From contig CBDCOH010000002.1 in NCBI GenBank assembly GCA_965219685.1, forward strand, positions 1,600,001-1,664,000: a DNA stretch of 64,000 nucleotides, given 5' to 3'. The translations under genes and the position numbers were made by a program. Shown here piece by piece: positions 19,805 through 28,300 of this stretch; position 1 is the first letter of the stretch; the number at the start of each line of letters is the position of its first letter. The stretch comes from Candidatus Spongiisociaceae bacterium. Lineage in GTDB: Bacteria; Actinomycetota; Acidimicrobiia; Spongiisociales; Spongiisociaceae. Below the pieces are notes generated by a model. That model was given only the letters and a program-made list of their open reading frames with translations. It ran no database searches and was not told the origin of the DNA.

Positions 19805-21288
19805 GCGTTCAAGCCGTCGATCTGCAGGTAGTCACGCATCGGAACCGGTCGCGTGGTGCGCATTCCCAGCCAGGCAGCGACTTCCGCCAGTTCCGACGAA
19901 AGGTCCCCCTGGGCCACCGCGAAGTGATGCTCGTGTCCCTGCACGACCGACGTGTTCACCAGGTCGATCAGGCCGATCGGCTCCCCGTTGAGACGGAACC
20001 CGGAGAACCAGCCTCGGGTACCGTCGAACCCGGCGTGGCCGGTCTCGACGACCTCGGCGGTCGCTATGAACATCTCGCTGAACTCGTCTCCGGCATAGGC
20101 GATGGTCGTCTTCTGCGGAGCGAAGCGCAGGTCGCCCGACACCCCGTACCGCACGTCCGACTTGCGACCGAGCGTCACGTGGTCGACCCAGCGGATGCCG
20201 TTGTCCCCGCCGAAGTGCCGGGGCGAGACGCCGCAGTGCCACAACAGCGCCGCGTCCGCTTCGAAGTCGACGGTGGTCAGGTCGAGGAGGGTCGACGACC
20301 CATGGGCAGGCGACATGGCGTTCATCAGCAGCATCGTCACCGCGCCGGGCACGTCTCCCTCGCACGAGACAGCCAGCCCGTCCTCCGAACCGAGCAGGCT
20401 GTAGGCCATGCACGGGGCCACATGGAAGTCGTCCTGGAAGCTCGGCCAGCACTGGACGGCCAGCGCGTCGTAGCCTTCCTCCTCGATCAGCCGTCCGAGG
20501 GCCAGGTAGATTCGTGCGTTGCGGTCCATTCCCAGGCTCGGGGCGGTGACCTCGGTTGCGACCGCGGTGGCGTGGCGGACGACTGCGACGGCCTCGTCCT
20601 CGCCGATGGCGCGGGCCCGATCGACCACCTCGGCGATGGTGTGGTGGCCGATGGTGGTGCCGAATCGGGCCGCCAGGTTGGCCTCCTCGAACTGCATGTT
20701 GTAGAAACCCGGCGAGATGCCCCCGATCCACCCGATGCGGGCGGACGCCATCGTCGTGATCCCCTGCAGAGCGCGGATCGTGACCCGCAGCCTCCGGTCG
20801 GTGTCCGGCTCGTCGATGTGACCGTAGAACCACTTGAACGGTGTTCCCCGCTCCCTCAGGTAGCGGCGGATGATCGACGCGTAGTGGTTGATCGAGACCA
20901 GCGAGTGGAGTTGGATCGATCCTTCAAGGACCGGTTCCGGAGTGGCCCAGAGCCCCAGCCGCGGAGCGACGCGTGCGAGTGGCTCCACCAACTCGCCGGA
21001 AGCGCAGGCGGCGGCCTGCAGCATGAGGAAGTCGACGTTCGCCGACGCCAGCCGCGATGCCGCGTCCTGAGCCGCTTCGAGATCTTCGACTCCCCTGTCG
21101 ATGGCGACCAGGTCGAAGTCCATCTCTCCGGCCAGGCGCCGGAGGCCGCCGATGGCCCGCCCGTACTGGTCGTGCTCGTCGGCGTAGTAGCTACCGAAGG
21201 CAACTCCGACGTAACCGACCCGGAGCCGCCGGTCCTCGGCCACCACCCGACTCCCGTCGGACGGTCCCTGCAACTCGCTCGATGTCAT
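19801..21288 (-). CDS. L-fucose/D-arabinose isomerase-family protein
   Basis: ALAVQCWP, SCEGD..GA, WHCG, EHHFA. Confidence 0.82.
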   Translation of the reverse strand: MTSSELQGPSDGSRVVAEDRRLRVGYVGVAFGSYYADEHDQYGRAIGGLRRLAGEMDFDLVAIDRGVEDLEAAQDAASRLASANVDFLMLQAAACASGELVEPLARVAPRLGLWATPEPVLEGSIQLHSLVSINHYASIIRRYLRERGTPFKWFYGHIDEPDTDRRLRVTIRALQGITTMASARIGWIGGISPGFYNMQFEEANLAARFGTTIGHHTIAEVVDRARAIGEDEAVAVVRHATAVATEVTAPSLGMDRNARIYLALGRLIEEEGYDALAVQCWPSFQDDFHVAPCMAYSLLGSEDGLAVSCEGDVPGAVTMLLMNAMSPAHGSSTLLDLTTVDFEADAALLWHCGVSPRHFGGDNGIRWVDHVTLGRKSDVRYGVSGDLRFAPQKTTIAYAGDEFSEMFIATAEVVETGHAGFDGTRGWFSGFRLNGEPIGLIDLVNTSVVQGHEHHFAVAQGDLSSELAEVAAWLGMRTTRPVPMRDYLQIDGLNA

Positions 21289-21324
21289 CCTCTAGCCCCT
21301 CCATTCCATTGGCCACTGACTGCG

Positions 21325-22983
21325 CTACCGGTCACTGAGCTCCTCGGCCCAAGCCTCGAACATGAGCGCCACGGTGATTGCGCCGGGATCCGCGGACCCG
21401 ACGCTGCTCTCGGGCGAGTACCGAGCCCTGCCCGCCTTGGGATACATGGCCGCCGTAGCGTCGGCCCCCGTCCTGGCGGCCTCCGCGGCGGCCGCCATCA
21501 CCCGGGTGAGCGACGCCCTCCTCGCGACCATGTCCTCGGCGGCCTCCAAGGCAGGGGACAGGGCATCGACCATCGTCTTGTGTCCCGGCACCGCCCCTCC
21601 CAGTCTGGTGACACGGTCCAGGCCCTTGCGCAGTCCCGCAACGAGATCGGCCGTTTCCGGGACGGCCACCTTGGCGAGCCACGAGGACAGTGCACCGAAG
21701 AACGCACCGAACAGAGCCCCGGCGGAACCGCCGACGGTCTGGTGGAAGGACCGGCCCGCTGCCTCGAACACCGCGGCCGCGGTGGCCCGGGTCGGATCGC
21801 CGGCTCTGCGCTCCGCCTCTGCAAAGGCGACCGACATGTTGACCCCGTGGTCACCGTCTCCCGCCACCGCGTCGAGACGGGACAGCTCATCCTTGTGCTC
21901 TCCGATCGACCGAGCCGTCGCGACTATCAGCCGCTTGGCCATCTCGCGGTCGACGGGTGTGGAATCCTCCTCCCGCCCGAGTAGCGTGAGGCCGGCCCCC
22001 CTCGCCGGTGCGTCGTACAGTTCCAACAACTCGTCGTCCATGTCGCATACGGCGAATGCAAAACCGGCCATGTCCAGCGTGGTCGCATAGGGTCCGATCC
22101 ACGAACGTACCGTCTCGATGCCCCGACCGGCCAGTGCCGCCGCCGCGCCGCGGTAGAGGATCGACATCTCCATCAGGGTGAGGGATCCGGCGTTGTTGAG
22201 CAGGAGGCCGACCCGGTCGCCGTCGGAGAGTACCGCGTCGTCGACGAGCCGGCCGATCATCATCTCCGCGATCTCGTCCGCTTGGACGTCCTCGCCCAGA
22301 CGGGCCCCCGGCTCACCGTGAACACCCATCCCCACCGACACCGAAGCGTCCGACGGATCGCCCAGCGGTTGCCCGCTGATCGGGTGGGCTACGGTGCCGA
22401 CCGCAGCGGACAGCGACCGGGTCCTGTCCCTTGTCTTGCGAGCGATCCGCGCGCAATCGTGCAGCGAGCCGCCCCGCTCGGCCATGGCGCCCACCGTCTT
22501 CCACACGAAGAAAAGGCCGGCCCCGCCCCGGCGGTCGGTGATCCGGTCCTTGGGGGCAGAGGCCACGTCGTCGTAGAGGACCACCATCTCCACGTTCCGG
22601 ATACCCTCGTCTTCGGCTTCGGCGATGGCGAGGGTGGCGTTCATGATGTCACCGGCGTGGCTGGAGACCAGCAGCAGGACCCCACCGCCGCGGTCGGCTG
22701 CTTTGATACCCGCCAGGATGCCTGCCGGTCCCGGTGAGGAGAAGACCGGTCCGGGGACGTTCACGTCGAACAGCCCCTCCCCCACCCAGCCGATCATGGC
22801 GGGTTCGTGTCCGGAGCCGTTGCCGATCACCAGCCCTACATGGCCCTGCGGTTTGGGGACCGCCCGGACCACCAGGCCGTCCGACAGGCTGATGATGTCG
22901 GAGTGGGCGGCGGCGTAGCCTTCCAGCATCTCCTCCACGGCGCGTCCGGGAATGTTGAGAAACCGTCTCGTGCGGATGTTCAT
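21325..22983 (-). CDS. Fused DAK1-DAK2 dihydroxyacetone/triose/tetrulose kinase
   Basis: GNGSGHEP, RRGGAG, GMGVHGEPG (DhaK). LDAVAGDGDHG, GHKTMVDAL, GRA, DPGA (DhaL). Confidence 0.92.
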   Translation of the reverse strand: MNIRTRRFLNIPGRAVEEMLEGYAAAHSDIISLSDGLVVRAVPKPQGHVGLVIGNGSGHEPAMIGWVGEGLFDVNVPGPVFSSPGPAGILAGIKAADRGGGVLLLVSSHAGDIMNATLAIAEAEDEGIRNVEMVVLYDDVASAPKDRITDRRGGAGLFFVWKTVGAMAERGGSLHDCARIARKTRDRTRSLSAAVGTVAHPISGQPLGDPSDASVSVGMGVHGEPGARLGEDVQADEIAEMMIGRLVDDAVLSDGDRVGLLLNNAGSLTLMEMSILYRGAAAALAGRGIETVRSWIGPYATTLDMAGFAFAVCDMDDELLELYDAPARGAGLTLLGREEDSTPVDREMAKRLIVATARSIGEHKDELSRLDAVAGDGDHGVNMSVAFAEAERRAGDPTRATAAAVFEAAGRSFHQTVGGSAGALFGAFFGALSSWLAKVAVPETADLVAGLRKGLDRVTRLGGAVPGHKTMVDALSPALEAAEDMVARRASLTRVMAAAAEAARTGADATAAMYPKAGRARYSPESSVGSADPGAITVALMFEAWAEELSDR

Positions 22984-23822
22984 GCGATGTGCTCCCTGAT
23001 GAAGGCCGCCGCGTCGGCTGCGTCACGGTCGGGATCGTCGGTGAGGTCCCGCCAGGCATAGGTGGCCCGGCCGGTCTCGACCTTCGAGTTCGGAAAGGTC
23101 TCGAACACCACCCAGCCGTCGTAGCCGGCGTCATCGAGAGCCTCGCTGAAGGACGCCCAGTCGATATGCCCGTACTGGGGGGCTCGCCGGTTGTTGGCGG
23201 CCACCTGGACGTGCCCGATCCTCCCGGCTGCCTTACGGACCGCGCCGGCCAGGTCGTCCTCCTCCATGTTCATGTGAAACGTGTCGAGTTCGACCTTGAC
23301 GGCGGGATGATCGACGCTGTCGATGAAGTCCAGGCAGTCGGACACGGTGTTGAACATGAAACTCTCGAAGCGGTTGAGCACCTCGAGGCATATGTCGATC
23401 CCGAGTGTGGACGCGTAGCCGGCGACCTCGTTGAGGGCGGCGGCGGAGCGTTGCCGGTAGCCGTCGTGGTCACCCTCCGGGAAACCCATCCAGGTGGCGT
23501 AGGTGACCCCTCCCAGGATCGGGCTGCCCAGTTCCGCTGCATCGTCGAGGCAGCGCCGCAGGTGGTCCATCCCCGCGGCCCGCACCCCGGCGTCCGGACT
23601 CGATATGTCCATGCTCGGGCTCAGGCCGGTGCTGCACAGTACGTCGAGCCCGAGCGAGGAGGCGGTGCGAGCCATGCGGTCGACTCCCACGTCCAGCCCG
23701 GCCACGAGCGATATCTCGACCCCCTGGTAACCGGCCTCGGCCGCCTTGGCGAACACGGAGGATTGGTCGTCGGACCATTTGTCCAGCCAGTAGAAGATCT
23801 CGATTCCGACCGGACGGGTCAT
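22980..23822 (-). CDS. Ketose 3-epimerase family (D-psicose/D-tagatose 3-epimerase-like TIM barrel)
   Basis: EVLNRFE, LDTFHMNMEE, HVQ...NRR.P..GHIDW, W..FE. Confidence 0.88.
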   Translation of the reverse strand: MTRPVGIEIFYWLDKWSDDQSSVFAKAAEAGYQGVEISLVAGLDVGVDRMARTASSLGLDVLCSTGLSPSMDISSPDAGVRAAGMDHLRRCLDDAAELGSPILGGVTYATWMGFPEGDHDGYRQRSAAALNEVAGYASTLGIDICLEVLNRFESFMFNTVSDCLDFIDSVDHPAVKVELDTFHMNMEEDDLAGAVRKAAGRIGHVQVAANNRRAPQYGHIDWASFSEALDDAGYDGWVVFETFPNSKVETGRATYAWRDLTDDPDRDAADAAAFIREHIA

Positions 23823-24295
23823 GTGGCGGCCCTGTCGACCGCGAACACCACCCGCAGCAGCGGATGGGCCGGAACCCCCTCCACAAACCTCACGTTGACC
23901 ACCGCTCCTTTCTCAGGTGTCTCGTCGCCGAGCACCCTGTGTATGATGCCTCCTTCGACCCCGTCGAGGCGGATCGAAGCGAGAATGTAGGGCGCCTCGA
24001 CACCGCCGAAAGGCGGGGGACTGTGAACCCTCGTCGCGGACACGACCCGCCCGCTTCCCGGGAGGTCGTACCACTCCGTTTCTTCCAAGTCGGCGTCGCA
24101 ATACCGCCGGGGCGGGAACCACGAGCGTCCACACCCGTCGCACCGGGTAGCTCGCAGGACACCCTGCTCGACACCCTGGTAGAACGGGTCGGAATAGCCT
24201 ACGGCATGGCGGTAGCGTTGCCACATTTCGATATGCAGCAACGTGGTGGATGGCCCGGAGGACTCCCCGGAGCGCTCGACCCGGACTATCCGCAT
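23819..24295 (-). CDS. DUF35 Zn-ribbon/OB-fold protein (thiolase partner)
   Basis: ATRCDGCGRSWFPPRRYC, G.V.S.T.V, PY..A.I.LDG. Start uncertain. Confidence 0.85.
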   Translation of the reverse strand: MRIVRVERSGESSGPSTTLLHIEMWQRYRHAVGYSDPFYQGVEQGVLRATRCDGCGRSWFPPRRYCDADLEETEWYDLPGSGRVVSATRVHSPPPFGGVEAPYILASIRLDGVEGGIIHRVLGDETPEKGAVVNVRFVEGVPAHPLLRVVFAVDRAAT

Positions 24296-24674
24296 CGGCA
24301 AACCTGATCGCCGGCTCGATCCGACTCCCGGCCCGACTCCGGCCTCGCGAAAACACCGCCGACCGAGGGGGTTGAACCTGTCACAGCGGTGCTGCATGAT
24401 CGGGTATTACCAAGCACCTGCGCGGTCGTGATAGTCGACGTCGGCTCGACCGCCAACGGGATCAGGAAGCCATGGAGCGATAACCCCCGACAAGTCGGGC
24501 GTGCCGCGCTCCGGACCCAGGAGAGGTGGTGGCGGGGGCGGGCCCTGAGGGTCGGAAGGAATCGGGGATTTTCGCGACCTTGGCCTCCCTCCGCGGTTCC
24601 GCCCAGGGGTGCGGATCCGGCCTCCACCACCACAGGCCGGCGGCCCGACCCGCAATTCGCAGTGCCGCACAGCC

Positions 24675-25874
24675 TCACTTCACCCTCCCGAACACGTTCA
24701 CGACACTCAGCGAACCGACGCCCGCGTGCGTGTCGGTGATACCGATGCGCGCACCTTGGACGGCCCGGGGTCCGGTCACATCGCCGCGGAGCTGCGACAC
24801 GATCTCGACAGCCTGCGCGATTCCGGTGGCACCCACGGCCGAGCCTCGCCCCATCAGGCCCCCCGACGTGTTCACCGGGACCTGCCCGCCCAGGTCGAAG
24901 CGTCCTTCAGCGGCGGCCGGCCCGCCGTAGCCGCCCGGGCACAGGCCCAGGTCCTCGTATGCCTGCAGTTCGGCGCCGCTGAACGAGTCGTACAACTCGG
25001 CTACGTCGATCTGTACGGCCGGATCGTCGATGCCCGCCTCACGGTAGGCGTCGGCGGCTGCCCTCCGCTTGGCGGCGAAGTGGGGGAACATCTCCTTTGT
25101 ACGGTCGGACAGGCGCGGGTGATCGGTGGATGATCCGCTGCCCAGAATCGCAACGGGGGGCCGTTCCGGGAAAGTGGACGAGTGCTGTTCGGCCCACTCC
25201 CGGGTCGACAGGAGTACCGCCGCCGCCCCGTCGCTGAGCAGGCTGGCGTCGAAGAGGCGGTACGGATCTGCGAGGGGGGTCGAGGCGCGGACATCCTCGA
25301 TCGTGATCGACATGCCCTTGTGGGCGAGGGGATTGTCGAGGGCCAGACGCCTGTTCTTGACGGCTATCTCGGCGAACTGCTCCGCAGTGGTGCCATACCG
25401 GCGCATGTGTTCGGTGATCATCAACGCGTAAGGAGCCGCGAAGGTGCCGAACACCGGCGTCTCCCATTCGAAGTCGGCAGACATGGAAAGTATCTCGGTG
25501 GCGGTGGCCCGGTCCACCGACTTTCCGTTGGTCTCCCCCCCGAACACCAGCACGGACCGAGCCGCCCCGGCCCGGAGGGCCATCACCGCCGTGCGGATGG
25601 CCAGAGCACCGGTCGCGCCGCCACCCTCTACCCGGAGCGTGGGCTTGCCGACCAGCCCGACGCTGTCCTGGAGAACGTGGCCGAGACTCAGCTGACGGTT
25701 GAAGTGGTCGCTCTCGTAGCCGGAAACCGCCATGTCGATCGGGGATGCCGTGGTTCCGGCGTCGATCAGGACCTCGCGGACAGCTTCGGTCACCATGTCC
25801 CGAACCGTGGCATCGTCCCGGAACCCCACGAATGGGATCATGCCAACCCCCACAACAAACACGTCTTCCGTCAT
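24675..25874 (-). CDS. SCP2-type thiolase family protein
   Basis: VGVGM, RVEGGGATG (Gly at the usual Cys position), AVKNR, SDGAAA, ELYDSFS, VNTSGGL..G..VGATG. Confidence 0.88.
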   Translation of the reverse strand: MTEDVFVVGVGMIPFVGFRDDATVRDMVTEAVREVLIDAGTTASPIDMAVSGYESDHFNRQLSLGHVLQDSVGLVGKPTLRVEGGGATGALAIRTAVMALRAGAARSVLVFGGETNGKSVDRATATEILSMSADFEWETPVFGTFAAPYALMITEHMRRYGTTAEQFAEIAVKNRRLALDNPLAHKGMSITIEDVRASTPLADPYRLFDASLLSDGAAAVLLSTREWAEQHSSTFPERPPVAILGSGSSTDHPRLSDRTKEMFPHFAAKRRAAADAYREAGIDDPAVQIDVAELYDSFSGAELQAYEDLGLCPGGYGGPAAAEGRFDLGGQVPVNTSGGLMGRGSAVGATGIAQAVEIVSQLRGDVTGPRAVQGARIGITDTHAGVGSLSVVNVFGRVK

Positions 25875-25930
25875 AGTCCCCCGTCCGCAGGAATCCGGGC
25901 ACACATGATGCGAGTAGAACCTTCGTTGGC

Positions 25931-28204
25931 CTAGCCCCAGTGGTTTGACATGTAGTCGACCATGTCCTCCCCATGCAATTGCTTGGTCGCGTTGCCAACC
26001 CGAACCCAGAACTCGCTATGCTTGGATCCACCGCCGTGTGGTTTCGAGAAGACCGGCTTGCCTGACGCAGCAACCGTTACTACGCACACGATCGCCTCCT
26101 TAACCCGCTCGAATCCGATCTGGACGATTTCGGCTGTCGGCACAGAGAGGCCTGTATCGAGACGTTGCCGAAGGAACAATTCGTACGCATCTATGGTCCC
26201 CTTACTGAGCGTCTTGAGATCGTCGTCAAGACCGAGCACCCTACCATCGTCGTCCACTCCGATGAGGAGTTTGCCGCCTTCTGCGTTCAGGTACCCGCAG
26301 ACCGTCTTGACAACGACGTGTTCCATCTTCTTGTCCGCCCGACCAGCACGTACGTTCCAACGCGCCGTCGACTTGAATTCGACCCTCTGTGACTCTCCGA
26401 TACTGAGCAAGTCCCTCAGAGTGGAAGGAAGCCTACCAACGCTCTCGTTCTCCCAGAGGTATTCAAACCCATCACGGACCACCTTGGCGATGTGATGACG
26501 ACGCCGTTCCAGAAATGTCGGGTAGTCGAGTTGCTCCCACCCAATAGGAAGGGCATGCCAGTAGACCTGCTGCTTCAACCGCTCACGGTCAAACCCTCCG
26601 GCCAGTACCGGCCAGTACTCTAGAGGTCCGTCCTTCCCGATCTTCACGTTGTCGGGCCAGTCTACAAATGCCATGTTGCCGATAGCGTTCTGCTCGCGAA
26701 CCGTGGCGAAGCCGTTAGCTGCAAGGTAGGCCTTAGGAAAGAGATGGTGCCGCTCGATCGAACGAGGCGGAGTAACTTGCGGATCGAGAAGATCCCGAAC
26801 GCGAAGATCGCTGAACAGTAGCTCTGCATCTAGTAAGATCAGCGCTGCCCAATATGCGCAGAGTGGCGGAGATTTGGGCGCCGCGGTATCCAACCGATTC
26901 GGGAGGGTGATATCCCAATAGTCGCCGGTGAAGGTCGAACGAATGATACGATCTAGCTCGTGGCAGAACCCCTTACCATCGCCGTGTTCCAGCATATTGA
27001 TACGACCAAAATCGGCTTCGAACTGGCTCTCAAATGATCCTGTATAGCGACCAGTGACATGTGCCATAAAGAACCATCGTCCTACAACACCCCGGAGTAT
27101 TTGAAGGTCGAGCCCGAAGTCCCGTCTACCGATTAGCCACAGTATGTAAGAGAATAGGATGGCGTTCTTGGATGTAATCATTCGGCTACTACGGAACCCG
27201 GCATGCGTAAGGCACTTCAGAAACTCGTGCCAGTTAGTCAAGTCGATTACCTCGTCTTGGGCACGCCTTAATGCGTCGAACTGGGCGTTGCGTCGCTCTG
27301 AAGAAACGCTTCCGGTCTCGAAGTCCTTGCCCCGCAGTATGTTGTACACGTGCCGGAGCCGTCCTCGCCGGAATGCCAAACCGACTCCGACGCGAAGTAA
27401 CTGATCGGGGGCAGGATCGATGAACGGGTTTCTTGGTGAAGGTCCGTTCATCGTTGCGGTTACGGCATCTCTGCAGAACGCTTCGAGTTGTCGACGACCC
27501 TTCTCCCAGTGCACGGACATCAGAGTTAGGATAAAGTCTGCCTGATTGAGTTGAACTGCCTTGGAGTTGGTACGGACGAAGATTTCGGCTACTTGCTCCT
27601 CGTCGGCATCGGTGTTGAGTTCGATAACCTGGAATCGGAAGTTCTGGAGGTCTCGTACGCGATCGATTCGGTCTTCCAATTCGTCTTTCTCAGCTTCGTC
27701 CAACTCGACACTGCGCCCTTCTATGAGGCGGGTAAAGAACTTGCGAACTGTCGGCCGGTATCCGTCGTTCCACAGAGCATTGATATCGGGAATGAACTCT
27801 GGATCTCTCTCGATCGCCGCATCGGTGACCTCGAATACCTGGTCACCGGGACAAAAAGCGATCCTAATGTGCTTTTTGTCGAAAGACTTCGTCAGGATCG
27901 GCCTACCAGTTAGCACCGCATACAGGGAGGTCAACCGTTGCTGGCCGTCGACGATCAGAAGTTTTGCCACCTTTTCGTTCTCGCCACCTCCCACTTGGCG
28001 AACTCCTGTATCGGTGCCGGTTTCCCAGAACAGTAGGGTTCCGACCGGATAGCCTCGATACAGAGAATCGAAGAGATCGCGTACCTGTGATGCTTTCCAG
28101 ACGAATGGACGCTGAATGTCTGGGAGCGCGATGTTTCCGTGCTTGATGTCCTCGATGAGATGAGTCAAGGAGTAACCGGTGTCTCTGTACAATGTCGGGG
28201 TCAA
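25931..28204 (-). CDS. GmrSD-type (DUF262 + HNH/DUF1524-like) restriction protein fused to a C-terminal Schlafen/AlbA_2 domain
   Basis: LPDIQRPFVW, DGQQRLTSL, IFVRTN; ERHHLFP...NAIGN...N; ESQRVEFKS, GYLNAEGG.LLIGVDDDG. Visibly more AT-rich than its flanks. Confidence 0.85.
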   Translation of the reverse strand: MTPTLYRDTGYSLTHLIEDIKHGNIALPDIQRPFVWKASQVRDLFDSLYRGYPVGTLLFWETGTDTGVRQVGGGENEKVAKLLIVDGQQRLTSLYAVLTGRPILTKSFDKKHIRIAFCPGDQVFEVTDAAIERDPEFIPDINALWNDGYRPTVRKFFTRLIEGRSVELDEAEKDELEDRIDRVRDLQNFRFQVIELNTDADEEQVAEIFVRTNSKAVQLNQADFILTLMSVHWEKGRRQLEAFCRDAVTATMNGPSPRNPFIDPAPDQLLRVGVGLAFRRGRLRHVYNILRGKDFETGSVSSERRNAQFDALRRAQDEVIDLTNWHEFLKCLTHAGFRSSRMITSKNAILFSYILWLIGRRDFGLDLQILRGVVGRWFFMAHVTGRYTGSFESQFEADFGRINMLEHGDGKGFCHELDRIIRSTFTGDYWDITLPNRLDTAAPKSPPLCAYWAALILLDAELLFSDLRVRDLLDPQVTPPRSIERHHLFPKAYLAANGFATVREQNAIGNMAFVDWPDNVKIGKDGPLEYWPVLAGGFDRERLKQQVYWHALPIGWEQLDYPTFLERRRHHIAKVVRDGFEYLWENESVGRLPSTLRDLLSIGESQRVEFKSTARWNVRAGRADKKMEHVVVKTVCGYLNAEGGKLLIGVDDDGRVLGLDDDLKTLSKGTIDAYELFLRQRLDTGLSVPTAEIVQIGFERVKEAIVCVVTVAASGKPVFSKPHGGGSKHSEFWVRVGNATKQLHGEDMVDYMSNHWG

Positions 28205-28300
28205 CGTGGCCTCCTAGTCAAAAGTAGCTGTTGAGCGCTGGTCAGAACCGTGGCAAGAGGCTAGCCAGCCGCGCCGGTAGTTCTCGATCGATCCGATCGC

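Noticed and set aside
19924-21984. Long antisense or alternate-frame ORFs (e.g. 19924-21984, 28922-30616, 14678-16132, 13102-14529)
   Set aside because: Shadows of well-supported genes in high-GC DNA with no recognisable motifs.
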